Below are positions 1 to 10,512 of a stretch of 64,000 bases of DNA, piece after piece. The stretch covers positions 672,001 through 736,000 of the forward strand of contig CAXXWQ010000003.1 of assembly GCA_963674945.2 (NCBI GenBank). The letters run 5' to 3'. The translations under genes and the position numbers were made by a program. The notes under the pieces were generated by a model that was not told where the DNA came from, ran no database searches, and was given only the letters and a program-made list of their open reading frames with translations. This DNA is from an uncultured Desulfosarcina sp. (lineage in GTDB: Bacteria; Desulfobacterota; Desulfobacteria; Desulfobacterales; Desulfosarcinaceae). Positions within the stretch are counted from its first letter, which is position 1. Every line of letters starts with the position of its first letter.

Positions 1-807
1 TGCCTGTCCCCGGTTGATAAGTGAAAGTACCATGCGGTCGGCAATCAACGGCCTGAACTCCTCCATCATGTCCAACGCGAGACCTGGACGACCGGGCCTG
101 TCCCGATGTAAAAACCCCACGGCCGAGTCTAATCCAACAGATTCCAAAGCGGACCGAACATCATGGAGAAGAAGCGTATAGACAAATGACAACAGACAAT
201 TGACCGGATCAAGAGGTGGCCGCCGATTTCGTCCTTTGAAAGAAAATCCATTGCCCTTATTGATGATAAGGTGGTCGAAAACACCAAAATAGGTCCGAGC
301 CGCATCCCCTTCCATTCCACGAAGGGAATCGATCGGCATGTCTGCGCGAATGCTCTTGAGAATTGCCGCTATATGCCTTGATGCGTCATTAACAGGATCG
401 GCATTCACCTTGTCTCCGTGGTCCCGTAACGTACGCTGAAGTACGCTGCGGGTATTGGCCAACTTTCCGACCAGAATGCCGTGGGCAATTCGGGCCGATG
501 ATTTCCCGTCATCCGCTTGCCGATACTGTTCACGCCGAAGCAGCACATTGCCAGATACGGGACCCTGAACCCGTGCCAGAAATCGCCCATGTTCCGACAA
601 AAAACTGATCGCCACATCTTGCTCGGCACAAAACCCCATGAGATAGGGGCTGCACATTACCCTGCCGAAACAGACGATGCCATCCAAGGTATGAATGGGT
701 AGTTGCAGCTTCTTTTCACGATCAACGGAAACGACGACCGTCTCTCCCTCCTTGTTCAGATAGGCCCCTTGTGTGGTCACAAAAAGAGTATTAAGATGTT
801 TTTTCAT
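1..807 (-). CDS. cas1: CRISPR-associated endonuclease Cas1, type I-C (runs off the left edge of the window)
   Basis: Not in the ORF track. Manual translation from ATG at 807 gives MKKHLNTLFVTTQGAYLNKEGETVVV...GRFLARVQGPVSGNVLLRREQYR, a typical I-C Cas1 N-terminus. The start overlaps the cas4 stop (ATGA). Confidence 0.95.
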   Translation of the reverse strand, partial: MKKHLNTLFVTTQGAYLNKEGETVVVSVDREKKLQLPIHTLDGIVCFGRVMCSPYLMGFCAEQDVAISFLSEHGRFLARVQGPVSGNVLLRREQYRQADDGKSSARIAHGILVGKLANTRSVLQRTLRDHGDKVNADPVNDASRHIAAILKSIRADMPIDSLRGMEGDAARTYFGVFDHLIINKGNGFSFKGRNRRPPLDPVNCLLSFVYTLLLHDVRSALESVGLDSAVGFLHRDRPGRPGLALDMMEEFRPLIADRMVLSLINRGQA

Positions 808-1448
808 TCTCCTTCACATATCCCATCAAGGTATCGTTTAGCGGACTTTCCGACGCCTACTTTATCCGGCAAACACAACTGGAAAAACGAACAATTGGGA
901 CAACGTTTGTCGAATACAGGCCTGGGTGTAATCCGTGCATCGAACAACGAGTAAAGCTTGATGGCCATGGATTCCGTTTCAGAACGAAGCAGTTCGTCGA
1001 AAGGGACATCCAAGCGTCTACGCGTCTTGCCATAGAACAGGGCTCCACTTTTAATCTCGTTTCCCAGCATCTCCTCCAAACAGAGAGCCTGAGCACAAAG
1101 TTGAATCTTGTCGCAGTTGTCCTTTTTCGGCCGACCTCGTTTGTATTCCACCGGAAATGGTACCCAAATCTTTTTCCCGGTCGGACTTTCTTTCCGATGA
1201 AACTCCACGACATCCGCCTTTCCAACAAGGCCCATCCGCAGTGACCGAAGGGAAACGGAAAAGGCGATACGCGTATCTTTGCGTTTTTCGCTTTTCCCCG
1301 TATCCACTCGTTCATGCATGATCCGTCCTTCGGCGGTAAACCGGTTTTCAAGCCACACCTGCTCCACATGGATCAGGGCGCATTGGCGCTCGCAGAAACA
1401 GATGTGCTGTAAGGCGGAAAGGGGCAAAAGATCCGGTTCGGCAAACAA
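804..1448 (-). CDS. cas4: CRISPR-associated exonuclease Cas4
   Basis: SALQHICFCERQCALIH, RecB-like GKADVVEF...PVEYKRG, QLCAQALCLEEM and C-terminal CxxCSFxxxC Fe-S ligands. Start is TTG. Confidence 0.95.
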   Translation of the reverse strand: MFAEPDLLPLSALQHICFCERQCALIHVEQVWLENRFTAEGRIMHERVDTGKSEKRKDTRIAFSVSLRSLRMGLVGKADVVEFHRKESPTGKKIWVPFPVEYKRGRPKKDNCDKIQLCAQALCLEEMLGNEIKSGALFYGKTRRRLDVPFDELLRSETESMAIKLYSLFDARITPRPVFDKRCPNCSFFQLCLPDKVGVGKSAKRYLDGICEGE

Positions 1449-1463
1449 AACTTATATTTCCAT

Positions 1464-1492
1464 TTGATAAACTGATAAAATTAGTTTATTTT
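1464..1492 (+). promoter_or_regulatory. Putative sigma70 promoter with overlapping palindromic operator for the HTH gene
   Basis: TTGATA(1464-1469)-N17-TATTTT(1487-1492). Inverted repeat ATAAACT(1467-1473)/AGTTTAT(1483-1489). Confidence 0.45.
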
Positions 1493-1529
1493 ACGAAAAC
1501 CATCCTCATCGAGGAGGTTAAAAAACGAA

Positions 1530-1874
1530 ATGAACGCACCTACACTTCATAATGTCCAAGTCATCAGTCGAGATGGAAAACCCGAATACGCCGTCGTGCC
1601 ATATATGGATTACCTACGACTTCTCGAAAAAGCCGAAGACAGCGATGCCCTCATACCCCATGAAGTCGTCGGGTTGGTCATCGAAAAAGAGTTCAACCTA
1701 CTCAAAGCCTGGCGCAAGCATCTCGGTCTGACCCAGAAAGAGGTTGCCCAACGCGCCGGTATCACCCAATCGGCCCTGTCCCAGATGGAACGTACAGCAA
1801 GCAACAACCGAACGGCTACTCTGGAGAAACTGGCCAAGGCCCTGGGGATCGAAACCGGACAGTTGGTTGACTAA
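1530..1874 (+). CDS. XRE-family HTH protein, HigA-like antitoxin type (no adjacent toxin)
   Basis: Strong RBS GAGGAGG. N-terminal GKPEYAVVPY segment and C-terminal HTH (WRKHLGLTQKEVAQRAGITQSALSQME). Confidence 0.85.
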   Translation: MNAPTLHNVQVISRDGKPEYAVVPYMDYLRLLEKAEDSDALIPHEVVGLVIEKEFNLLKAWRKHLGLTQKEVAQRAGITQSALSQMERTASNNRTATLEKLAKALGIETGQLVD

Positions 1875-1931
1875 TAGGTTCAGCCTATCATCTATTATGT
1901 TCTTTTTCGATTACTGAGTAAGCTTTGAAAA

Positions 1932-2834
1932 TCATTTGCAAAGCCTTTGTAACGCCTCGCCTTCTAACTGATCCAGTTCTTCCAATTCAAGATGTTCCAA
2001 TTTATCCCGCAATTCATTTGATTCGTATGAACCATCTTTGTTTATTTCCAGAAGTTCGCGTAACGCCCTGTGAACTCTGGCTGAAGAGTACTGACCGCTT
2101 GGGCTGTTGTGTTTCCACCAAAGGACTTTCATGACTTCCATGCTTCCTTCGGGTCGTGCAGCGGAAACATCGTTGACGAAAAGCGTTTGTAGAGCCAATT
2201 TAATTTTCTCGGCGTCATCATCCGAAAAGGCTGTCTTGCTGGCAAGTTGTGTGTTGATAGCACCGTAAGAAACATAAATCCCCTTATCAACGCGGTGCTT
2301 CATCCCCATCGTATCCGCATTTTTTTTATCCGGTTCGTTCTCATTAGTTTCGAGATTGACGCTTTTAGTAATTTGCAGACTATCGGGTGTAATCGGGTCG
2401 ATGCTGAACGCACTCTGAATGGTTACAGGGCCCCGGATTCCAATAGAAACGCTATCGCTGCCCTCGCCTTCGTCTTTTGTTTTCTTTTTTGCCTTAAAGG
2501 CAAAGACCTGCCCAAAGGCGCGAACATCAAACCACTTTTTACATGCTTCTTCCCTTGTTTTCTCTCCCGGAATTTTGGCCGCGGCAAAACGAGAGTTCAA
2601 CGAACGATGCTCATCAACACGATTTTCATCTGACTGAACAAAAATGGATTCGCCCATATCCTGCAGACGGTTGCGGATTTTACGTTTGAGACAAACGTCC
2701 GAAATTTCACCAAAGCCGTCGTAGGTTTGGCGGGGACGGTTTCCGTTCAGCGGGTCGCCATTTGGATTCGCCCGGTTAACAGAGATAATCACCGCAAAAT
2801 CAATTTTTTTCGTGAGCACTTTATTGTCCGCCAT
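1932..2834 (-). CDS. cas7c: Type I-C Cascade backbone Cas7c (Csd2)
   Basis: NPNGDPLNGNRPR, SDVCLKRKIRN, DVRAFG, RGPVTI and TMGMKH motifs. Confidence 0.96.
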   Translation of the reverse strand: MADNKVLTKKIDFAVIISVNRANPNGDPLNGNRPRQTYDGFGEISDVCLKRKIRNRLQDMGESIFVQSDENRVDEHRSLNSRFAAAKIPGEKTREEACKKWFDVRAFGQVFAFKAKKKTKDEGEGSDSVSIGIRGPVTIQSAFSIDPITPDSLQITKSVNLETNENEPDKKNADTMGMKHRVDKGIYVSYGAINTQLASKTAFSDDDAEKIKLALQTLFVNDVSAARPEGSMEVMKVLWWKHNSPSGQYSSARVHRALRELLEINKDGSYESNELRDKLEHLELEELDQLEGEALQRLCK

Positions 2835-2845
2835 ATGTTACCCTC

Positions 2846-4822
2846 CTATTTGTTGCAATCGGTTGATTGTTTTTTCTTTTCAGCAGCAGCCTTAACCAAA
2901 CTGTCGATGTAGGCGCGTTCATGGTAATAGCCTATTAGATACGAACCGTTCAGCGGCAAATCTTTTTCGTAATCACCCGTAGTAAACTGATTCGTCACAG
3001 CTTGAATTTCATTAAATGCAAATCCGCTTTTCACCGTTTGAATATACGGGTTTAGGCAACCGTGAATGGTTTGCCATGTCCTGAACGGACGCTGGACAAA
3101 GGCTTGCATGTGCCGAATCGCAGCGGTAACCACACGGTCATTACCTTTTATGCGGAGGGCGTACTCCTCCAATTTGTCCGCCGCACCAAGCAGTCTGCCG
3201 TAAAGGTAATCACGGTCGGTTCTGTCGAGTTCAATGCTCAATTTGTAGTCCTCCTCGTTGCGTTGTTGAAAATCCTTGCGCACCAACGCACATGCCGTTG
3301 ATGCGATTTGCTCAAAACCATTACGGTCAAATTTGCCATTCCTTGTAATTGCCAACGGATTGGCGGCCCGCCGAACAGCCGCCACCACATAATCCTTAGG
3401 CAAAAACGCTCCGTCAAAAACACAGCGGAGCAACCGTTCCCGTGCCGCTTTTTTGATTTTTATATAGCTCTCATCCTTGCCGCCGCGTGGCTTGCCGTAA
3501 ACCGCCTCGGTGATTTTATCCACGGACGGCGCGCCGATATAGGGAACATATTTCTCATCAACTTTGTCCCAAAACTTTTGATGCCATTTACAGGAGCTAT
3601 GCCAGTCGGCGACCCTTTCAAGATATTCGTTTTTGTCCAGTTCCCGGTAAAAGGTGATGGACAACCGGCCGGTTGTGGCTGCGTCCAGTGCAATCACCGC
3701 CGTCTTTGCATGGTGCTTCAACGCCTGACCGTGCCCGAATCCGCCAAGGGAGTTTCTTAGCGCATCAGCATAAACAAAGCCCGTTTCGGCGCGAAGGTCG
3801 ATCCGGATGTCGCTCTCTGTTTGCACCGAATTTTTTTGCAATACGGCCCAAATACTGTTGTCTTCTATTGGCGGAGGCAGCAGTTTTTCCGTGGAACCAA
3901 TCGTGAAGGATAAAATGACCTGTTCACCGCAGTAGTATCCCCGATCATTGATAAGATACCGCAAAAATTGGTGCGCCTTCTGGGATGTCTCATACCCGAT
4001 GGAGACGGCTTCGGAGGAGTCTCTGAATTTTCCTCTAAACGTGTAATTCGTTTTGTCGTTATCAGAAACAAGCTTTGAATTTCCTGAAGCGTTGGAAATC
4101 TTTTTGGGGTGGGATGTCGCTATGAGTTGCTCCACGCCCGTAACATAGTCCAAAGCAACCTTGCTCTTCAGTTTCGTCTCTTCTGTTAATTTCTTCTTTT
4201 CAGCCAACGGCAATTTTTTCTTGCCGGCCAACTCATCTTCAGCCCGTTTTTTTCTTTCAGCCAGTTTCTCCTTTTCAGCCACATAATATTGATGCCACGC
4301 ACTGAAAAGCGTGTCGTCTTCCCAAGCTTTTGTTTGCTGCTTATTGGGTATTTCTACCTGAAAAATAATGTTCGTTTTATCTTTCAGTTTCATCTCCGAC
4401 AAATCAGAAGCGATAGTTCCTTTCGAAACATATTGATAAATGGCGTTAACCTGCTCAGTCGCAAATCCGGATTCGGTAAAACTCTTCAGTTGCGCAATGT
4501 AGGCATCATATTTCTTTCCATCTCCCTTCAAATACCCATACTGGTCAAAAACCGGATGGGGTGAAACACCGCTTGAACGCCCCAAGCTTTCTTCCGTAAC
4601 CGGAATTTTGATATTAACGAGAGGGTTTCCTGAGCCTTGGCTGGTTGGTTTTGTCTTTTTTGAAATTTTATCGGAACCAACAAATTTTCCTTCACCATCA
4701 ATAACGATGACGGCAATAATATCACTGTTGTTGGAAATGGATGTCGTCGAAAGCGGATACGTTTTTTTCAACGCATCCGAATTCTTGTCGTAACTGTCCA
4801 CTAAATGTTGCCAGAATCCCAT
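2846..4822 (-). CDS. cas8c: Type I-C Cascade large subunit Cas8c (Csd1)
   Basis: Lies between cas5c and cas7c. PHPVFD, KAHQFLRYLI, ATTGRLSITFY and C-terminal DYLYGRLL motifs. Confidence 0.93.
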   Translation of the reverse strand: MGFWQHLVDSYDKNSDALKKTYPLSTTSISNNSDIIAVIVIDGEGKFVGSDKISKKTKPTSQGSGNPLVNIKIPVTEESLGRSSGVSPHPVFDQYGYLKGDGKKYDAYIAQLKSFTESGFATEQVNAIYQYVSKGTIASDLSEMKLKDKTNIIFQVEIPNKQQTKAWEDDTLFSAWHQYYVAEKEKLAERKKRAEDELAGKKKLPLAEKKKLTEETKLKSKVALDYVTGVEQLIATSHPKKISNASGNSKLVSDNDKTNYTFRGKFRDSSEAVSIGYETSQKAHQFLRYLINDRGYYCGEQVILSFTIGSTEKLLPPPIEDNSIWAVLQKNSVQTESDIRIDLRAETGFVYADALRNSLGGFGHGQALKHHAKTAVIALDAATTGRLSITFYRELDKNEYLERVADWHSSCKWHQKFWDKVDEKYVPYIGAPSVDKITEAVYGKPRGGKDESYIKIKKAARERLLRCVFDGAFLPKDYVVAAVRRAANPLAITRNGKFDRNGFEQIASTACALVRKDFQQRNEEDYKLSIELDRTDRDYLYGRLLGAADKLEEYALRIKGNDRVVTAAIRHMQAFVQRPFRTWQTIHGCLNPYIQTVKSGFAFNEIQAVTNQFTTGDYEKDLPLNGSYLIGYYHERAYIDSLVKAAAEKKKQSTDCNK

Positions 4823-4824
4823 GA

Positions 4825-5565
4825 TTATTCCTCCTCCAACAAATCCGCCATGGAAAAATCATCATCGATGGATAAGAAGTTCAGGCCTTTCTCGAATTCT
4901 TTTGCCGTCATCTTGCGGATAAAACGTCGCATGGAAGAATCACAATCCTTCGGTATTGGAAACTCGATGATGCCGTCTTTCATTTTTGGCCTCCACAGAC
5001 GGACCACCAGTTCATGCTTTCCGGTTTCATCGGGATAGTCATATCCGTGAAACATCACGCCAAAATCGAGTTCCCCATATTGGTCGTAAAAACCTTCGCC
5101 GTCTTCGCCGAAAACACAAGGTTCAACATAGCCCTGACACTCCCGCGTTCCGAGAAAAACATCCCGCCGTCCGCCTTTTTTGATGCTGCGTCTGGCGATG
5201 TTGTGATGCTTGTGTTCGTTGCGATCATCGAAAAGTTCTTTTCGGTGTTCGTTCCATTCGAAATGAGCAAGAACCTGATACTCCACATCCCGCAAGTAGG
5301 TGTAGTAGGAAAGGTCATTGCCACCGCTCATTTTAATCGGCTTGACCCCCTTGGACTCGGTTTGAATCTTTTTCATCACCCGAACGGCATCGATGTACCA
5401 AATAAAAGTCGGCTTCCAGTAAACGCTTTCAATAATGCCTTTGAGTGCCTGATAGGTCGGGATCTGATAGGAAAATTTCTCACCGCCTACTCTTGTGACG
5501 GGATCGGCAAACATCGCGTATCGGCCCGTAATCTTAAATTCCACTGAATTGCGTTTTTTGTCCAT
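4825..5565 (-). CDS. cas5c: Type I-C crRNA-processing protein Cas5c (Cas5d)
   Basis: [45 protein letters not shown] and FLGTREC motifs. Confidence 0.96.
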   Translation of the reverse strand: MDKKRNSVEFKITGRYAMFADPVTRVGGEKFSYQIPTYQALKGIIESVYWKPTFIWYIDAVRVMKKIQTESKGVKPIKMSGGNDLSYYTYLRDVEYQVLAHFEWNEHRKELFDDRNEHKHHNIARRSIKKGGRRDVFLGTRECQGYVEPCVFGEDGEGFYDQYGELDFGVMFHGYDYPDETGKHELVVRLWRPKMKDGIIEFPIPKDCDSSMRRFIRKMTAKEFEKGLNFLSIDDDFSMADLLEEE

Positions 5566-5585
5566 CTGACACCCCTGTTCTTAAT

Positions 5586-7120
5586 TTACACATTCAACAA
5601 AGAAAACATCGCTTCGCGCCTTAACCCCAGCTCTTCCGCGTCGTAATAATCCGGACTCAACAAGTAAAACGTGTCATCTACGAGACCGGCCGCATGTTTG
5701 ATTTTATCCAGAGAATCTGAATAGACGGAGACCGTATATTTCTGCAATTGCTTCAAAACACGCATTTTCTCCTTCGGTTCATGACTGCGTTGGAATTCAT
5801 CCACAAGTTTCAGAGCTTCTCCATAGGGCACAACCACACCGGTCTGGACACCATCAATCACTGAAAATTCGTCTGCCGCAGTTTGAAAAGCACAAGGCAG
5901 TCCCTTGTAATCCCTGTTGTTGCGGTTCCGGTAAGCAACCGCTCCCAAAGAATTCTTGTTGAGCAAGTTATAGATCGTTGTTTTACCATCCTTTGTTTTG
6001 TAATCCATTTTGCCGACGTTTTCCCCTTTTTGCTGGTCAAAAAAGTAATACTGATAAAACAAATTGATCACCTCATCACTCAGCATATTGCCATCCCGTT
6101 TTTCACGGAATACTCTTGCCGTAACATCCTTGCCGTCCTTAATTTCCGGTAAGCGCGAAAGCTTTTCATCCTGGATATCGACGACAAAGACCGGCTGTAG
6201 TGTTGGATTCTCTTTGTTGCGGTTACAGCGTCCGGCCGCCTGGATAATGCTGTCCATACCTGCCTGAGCCCGGATCACACAGTCAAACGACACATCCACG
6301 CCCGCTTCAATCAGTTGCGTACTGACGCATAACGTCACTCGCTTTGTTTTAGGGGATAGGTTTTCCCGTAATCGCTCAAGGACATTCAAACGGTGAGCAG
6401 GACAAAGGTCGGTCGTCAAAAACGCTTTCTCACATTCAATCGACCGGCACTCTTCATACACCTTGCGGGCATCACCTTTGGTATTGAGGATAACAAGTGT
6501 GCTCTTTTCCTGTTCAATCTGTTTTTTTACCATTTCCGCGATCTGCTCGTGATCCCTTGCCGGCTGGGTTTTATTCTCAATGTAGACTCGCTCAAAAACT
6601 TCCAATTCACCCTGTGTGATACTTACAATATCCGGTTTGCCAGATAATAATACCGGACGCTCCATCTTATGAAAGTGAGGTTGTGTTGCGGTACACAGCA
6701 GGATGGTTGATCCTCCAAAGATTTGCAAAAAATTTACAGCCTCATTGAACAAATGAATGCACTTGACCGGCAAAGCCTGGATTTCGTCAAAAATCATAAC
6801 AGCTTCCGACATATTATGAAATTTTCGGAGCTTGGACGCTTTGTTGCTGTAAATTGATTCAAGAAATTGAACCATTGTGGTTAAAATAATTGGACTGTCC
6901 CAACGGGAAGTCAGCAAACGATATTGTTCGTCGGCGTCATCCTCGTGCGGCGGTTCGATGTTTGAATGATGTTCTAAAATCAACTCATCTGTTTTTCGAT
7001 ACGCTTCACATTTCTTCCGTTCTTCCTCACTTTTCTTACACTGTTTACTTTTATCACATTCCGCTAAAGCGCACCTAATTGTCGTTGCCGTTTGATCAAG
7101 AATCGACAAATAAGGTATAA
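5586..7120 (-). pseudogene. cas3: cas3, C-terminal helicase fragment (interrupted by IS)
   Basis: DEIQ (motif II), TATQP, STQLIEAGVD and QAAGRCNR (motif VI). Joins in frame with the 8872-9687 fragment when the IS and one TSD copy are removed. Confidence 0.93.
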
Positions 7121-8871
7121 CCTAAATTTTGCACGACGAATCATAAATAAGGAAGAAACCATCTGGGAATCCTGTTATAAAGGGAGGTGACATGCTTCCA
7201 CAATAAAAACAGGAGGTACCCAGATGGTAAAATCAAGTAAATCAAAAAGCCGTAAAAACCGCAAGAACAAAGGGTTTAAGAAAAACGCTGCCAAGGCCAG
7301 AAAAATCAACGCTTCTACGCCGCATGAGACATGCAGCGAGCAACTAAGTCCATTTGGCGGGCTTTTAGCGATGATCAAATTTTTCGATTTGATCGATTTC
7401 AAACAAATATTTAACTCCACCTATCATGCGCCTGTCCGGCAGCCAAAGCTGGGCCACTATTCGATGGTGGCAGGACTTCTGATGCTACTGTTTATAGGCT
7501 TTAACAGAATCTGGCATTTTACCTACATCCGACTCGATGCCATGCTGTGTGGATTTTTCCGACTGACAAAGTTGCCGGTGTCGAGCACCTTCTGGCGATA
7601 CCTTGACAGCTTGGGAATTAACCAAGCCCAGTCCCTTCAGAAGCTCATGAGCATTCTGCGAGAACGGGTGTGGCAACAACTGGGTTTCAATTATTACCGG
7701 ATATGCATCGATATCGACACCACCGTCGAGACGCTGTACGGCAATCAGCAAGGAGGCAGGAAAGGCCATAACACCAAAAACCGGGGAAAGAAAGGTTACC
7801 GTCCGGTGCTGTGCTTCATTGAGCAGACCCGGGAGTGTCTTATCGGAAAGCTTCGAAAAGGTGAAACACTCAGTGGCAAACAGACCGCTGCCTTTATCCT
7901 CCAGACAAAATCCCATTTACCCGGTTGTGTTCGCCAAGTCCTGCTGCGGGCCGATGGAGAGTTCCTGAGCTGGGAAAGTGTCCAGACTGCAAGACACTGC
8001 GGCTATGACTTCATCATCGCCAACAAGAGATGCGACCCGCCCTTTGATCCGAGAGGTTGGTATCGGCCCTGGAAACGCAAGGATGTTGAGTATAACAGCT
8101 GCGTCTATCAGCCCCTTGGTTGGGATACCCCGTGCCGGTTTGTGGCCATGCGTATACCGAAAGCCAAATCAACTTCAAACCAGCAAGTGCAATGCCTACT
8201 CTTTGAAGACGACAACTATACATACCGGATATTCTGCACGAACCTTTCAGGGCCGGCCCATGAGGTGGTCAGCAAGTATGATAAACGCGCTGACGTTGAA
8301 AACCTGGTGGGTGAGGCCAAACGTGAAGGGCTTGAGGCCATCCCATCAGCAAAGTTCAAAAACAATTATGCGTTCTTTCAACTTGTAGTGCTGTCGTATA
8401 ACATTTGGCGTTACATCAAGATGCTTGCCGCCATGAGCCAGGACAGAAAAAAGATGCCGCATTTAAAAACGGTGGCATCCAATACAATCCGGATCGCCAG
8501 GTTGAAGCTGCTTTTCATTGCCGCAAAAGTTGTCAAAGATCAAAACCGTGACAAGGTCAAGTTCTCCGTACACGATGCGAGAACGCCCGCGATGATCCAT
8601 TTTCTCGACTTCCTGGATCAAGCGCGATTGAAACCGAAGCCGTGGAGACAAGTGGCATGTTGAACGTCTGCGTAACTCGGGAAAATATCATGCAAGAATT
8701 TTTTTTCACGACAATTTCCTTTGTATATGGGCAGTTAAACGAAACACGTGCAAACCGTATACTTCACACTAAAGGCAACGATCATGTGTTAGAGTAGAAA
8801 ACGAACTCTTCGTCATTTTGAAAAAATTGGCCACCGTGGCCAATTAAAGCTAATTGCGTGCAAAATTCAGG
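7121..8871 (+). mobile_element. IS1380-family insertion sequence, 1751 bp
   Basis: 15-bp terminal inverted repeats CCTAAATTTTGCACG (7121-7135) and CGTGCAAAATTCAGG (8857-8871), 1 mismatch. 5-bp target duplication TATAA at 7116-7120 and 8872-8876. Confidence 0.93.
7224..8663 (+). CDS. IS1380-family DDE transposase
   Basis: 479 aa. LSPFGGL, IDIDTT, GYRP, LLRADGEF and YDKRADVENLVGEAK motifs. RBS AGGAGG. Confidence 0.9.
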   Translation: MVKSSKSKSRKNRKNKGFKKNAAKARKINASTPHETCSEQLSPFGGLLAMIKFFDLIDFKQIFNSTYHAPVRQPKLGHYSMVAGLLMLLFIGFNRIWHFTYIRLDAMLCGFFRLTKLPVSSTFWRYLDSLGINQAQSLQKLMSILRERVWQQLGFNYYRICIDIDTTVETLYGNQQGGRKGHNTKNRGKKGYRPVLCFIEQTRECLIGKLRKGETLSGKQTAAFILQTKSHLPGCVRQVLLRADGEFLSWESVQTARHCGYDFIIANKRCDPPFDPRGWYRPWKRKDVEYNSCVYQPLGWDTPCRFVAMRIPKAKSTSNQQVQCLLFEDDNYTYRIFCTNLSGPAHEVVSKYDKRADVENLVGEAKREGLEAIPSAKFKNNYAFFQLVVLSYNIWRYIKMLAAMSQDRKKMPHLKTVASNTIRIARLKLLFIAAKVVKDQNRDKVKFSVHDARTPAMIHFLDFLDQARLKPKPWRQVAC

Positions 8872-9687
8872 TATAATATAAATGATGCGTTTAAGCTTAT
8901 GCTTCTTGGCGTGTTCCAAAGCGAACCGAAAGCTCGACAATGTTTTGCCCCCACCGGTTGGAACAGACAAAGTATAAATCCCCTGATTTCGGCCGCCTTC
9001 TTGCTCGCACTGTTCCGAAATACTCTTGCGGACTTCGTCAATATCACCATCACCGGAAAAAGAACCAAGATAGTTTTCTAATTGTTGAATCAAATTTTTC
9101 CAATCCGGCACAACATTATCAATTTCCAATCCGGCGCTGTTGCATCTATCCGCATCTACAAGGCCGGAATAAACGGCTTTCGTAAGAAAATGCAGCATAA
9201 ATAACGGGTTTAAATTTTTCGTTTGGCATTTTTGGCAAAAGCCCCGAATTTCCCCCTTCAATTTGGTTTCATTGATGCTGGGACTAAAATTTTTGATCGC
9301 TTCTTCATAGTGGAGCTTATCTTCGCTTTTATTGGTCCTGACGGACAAAGTCCTTTCACCGTCGATAATATTATCAAACAAACCGCCGTGATGTGTTGCG
9401 ATGACATTGCCGATGATGTCCGCAAGCAGGTGGTCATCGATTTTTTTCTCCGCAAACTTCGCTCCTTGCAGAGCATGGATAACTTCGCCACGCTGTACTT
9501 TATCGCCCCGCAGGCTACGTTCCAGATAATCCTGAAATGCCTTTGTGTATTTCCCTAAATCATGTAGCAGACCAGCTAAATAGGCCGTATTCTCACAACT
9601 GAAAACACCAGCGAATGTTTTTGCAAGTCTTGCAACATTTGTTATATGTTCAGAAAGTTTCTGCCCTTTGCGAGCGATATAATCCAT
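8872..9687 (-). pseudogene. cas3: cas3, N-terminal HD nuclease and Walker A fragment (interrupted by IS)
   Basis: LSEH, LLHDLGK (HD), HHGGL, LVDAD and VPTGGGKT. The tail of the ORF-track protein after IIYIIP is IS-derived. Confidence 0.93.
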
Positions 9688-9721
9688 AAGGTATCTTTCG
9701 TCTGTTGCAGCGAAGGATGCA

Positions 9722-9811
9722 ATTTGGAATCAGCACCCCGAAAATTAGGGTGCTTCATCCACCAAAATGATAGTAATATTGTTTCAATCCACACCCATCG
9801 AATAGGGTGAC
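9722..9811 (-). CRISPR. Degenerate one-spacer mini-array (crRNA-like regulatory RNA candidate)
   Basis: Minus strand: repeat GTCACCCTATTCGATGGGTGTGGATTGAAAC (9811-9781; CACCC/GGGTG stem plus I-C-type TGGATTGAAAC end), ~24-nt spacer AATATTACTATCATTTTGGTGGAT, then degenerate hairpin repeat GAAGCACCCTAATTTTCGGGGTGCTGATTCCAAAT. Confidence 0.8.
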
Positions 9812-9824
9812 AAAAATAAATTCA

Positions 9825-10451
9825 CTATCGCCAAGAAGTTGGCCGAGCAAGCCTAAAACCATCAGCCTTTTTTACAATATCGGAAAATTGACTGTCCGCT
9901 ATTTTTTTCCGGCCTATTGTAAAGAAGGCATTTGCCGCCATTTGCAACTGCTTTGAATGCCTGTTGGGAGGAAAAGCAACAATAATTCGTTTGTTTGGAA
10001 AAAGGTCACGAACGGATTTAACGGGGCCGGTTAAATCACTGTCCCCTGATAATAATAATGCTGTATCGAATCGGTTATTAAATGCGTCAGTCATCAGTTC
10101 TATTGCAATATTCACGTCTGTCATTTTTTCTTCATGAGTTCGCCATGATGATCCGCAATTATGGCAAACGACTTTTTTAGACAGATAGTGGCCAAAATAA
10201 ATACTGCAATCGTGAAGTGTCTCAACGGCCTCGATATAGGCTGCCTGGCGTTTGCTTTTGTCTGGGTCTTGCTTATTTGATGAGACCCGGCTTGTAAAAT
10301 ATTTGGTATACGATAGGGTTTGATACTGTTTTAGAAGTGAGCGAGATAATTGTTGAATATTCAGCCAGTAATATCTGCGGTACCCCTTGCTTTTTAGACC
10401 AAAATAAAGGTTAAAGCCATCGATATAGGAGATCACGCGCTGCATTTCCAA
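9825..10451 (-). CDS. NYN-domain (LabA/DUF88, PIN-fold) predicted ribonuclease
   Basis: YIDGFNLY, EEKMTDVNIA and SGDSDL acidic catalytic motifs are intact, plus a CHNC segment. Start is TTG 10451 or ATG 10445. Confidence 0.9.
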   Translation of the reverse strand: MEMQRVISYIDGFNLYFGLKSKGYRRYYWLNIQQLSRSLLKQYQTLSYTKYFTSRVSSNKQDPDKSKRQAAYIEAVETLHDCSIYFGHYLSKKVVCHNCGSSWRTHEEKMTDVNIAIELMTDAFNNRFDTALLLSGDSDLTGPVKSVRDLFPNKRIIVAFPPNRHSKQLQMAANAFFTIGRKKIADSQFSDIVKKADGFRLARPTSWR

Positions 10452-10512
10452 ACAAGCCTCATTCCGCCAACAAACTACTTGACTTCCGCCGGCTAATATT
10501 CATATATATTTT

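Noticed and set aside
8782..8871. C-terminal tail EFCTQLALIGHGG... of the 301-aa ORF, read as a standalone Cas3 HD protein
   Set aside because: The tail is read-through into the IS right end. The split is an insertion with a TSD, not a natural cas3'/cas3'' split.
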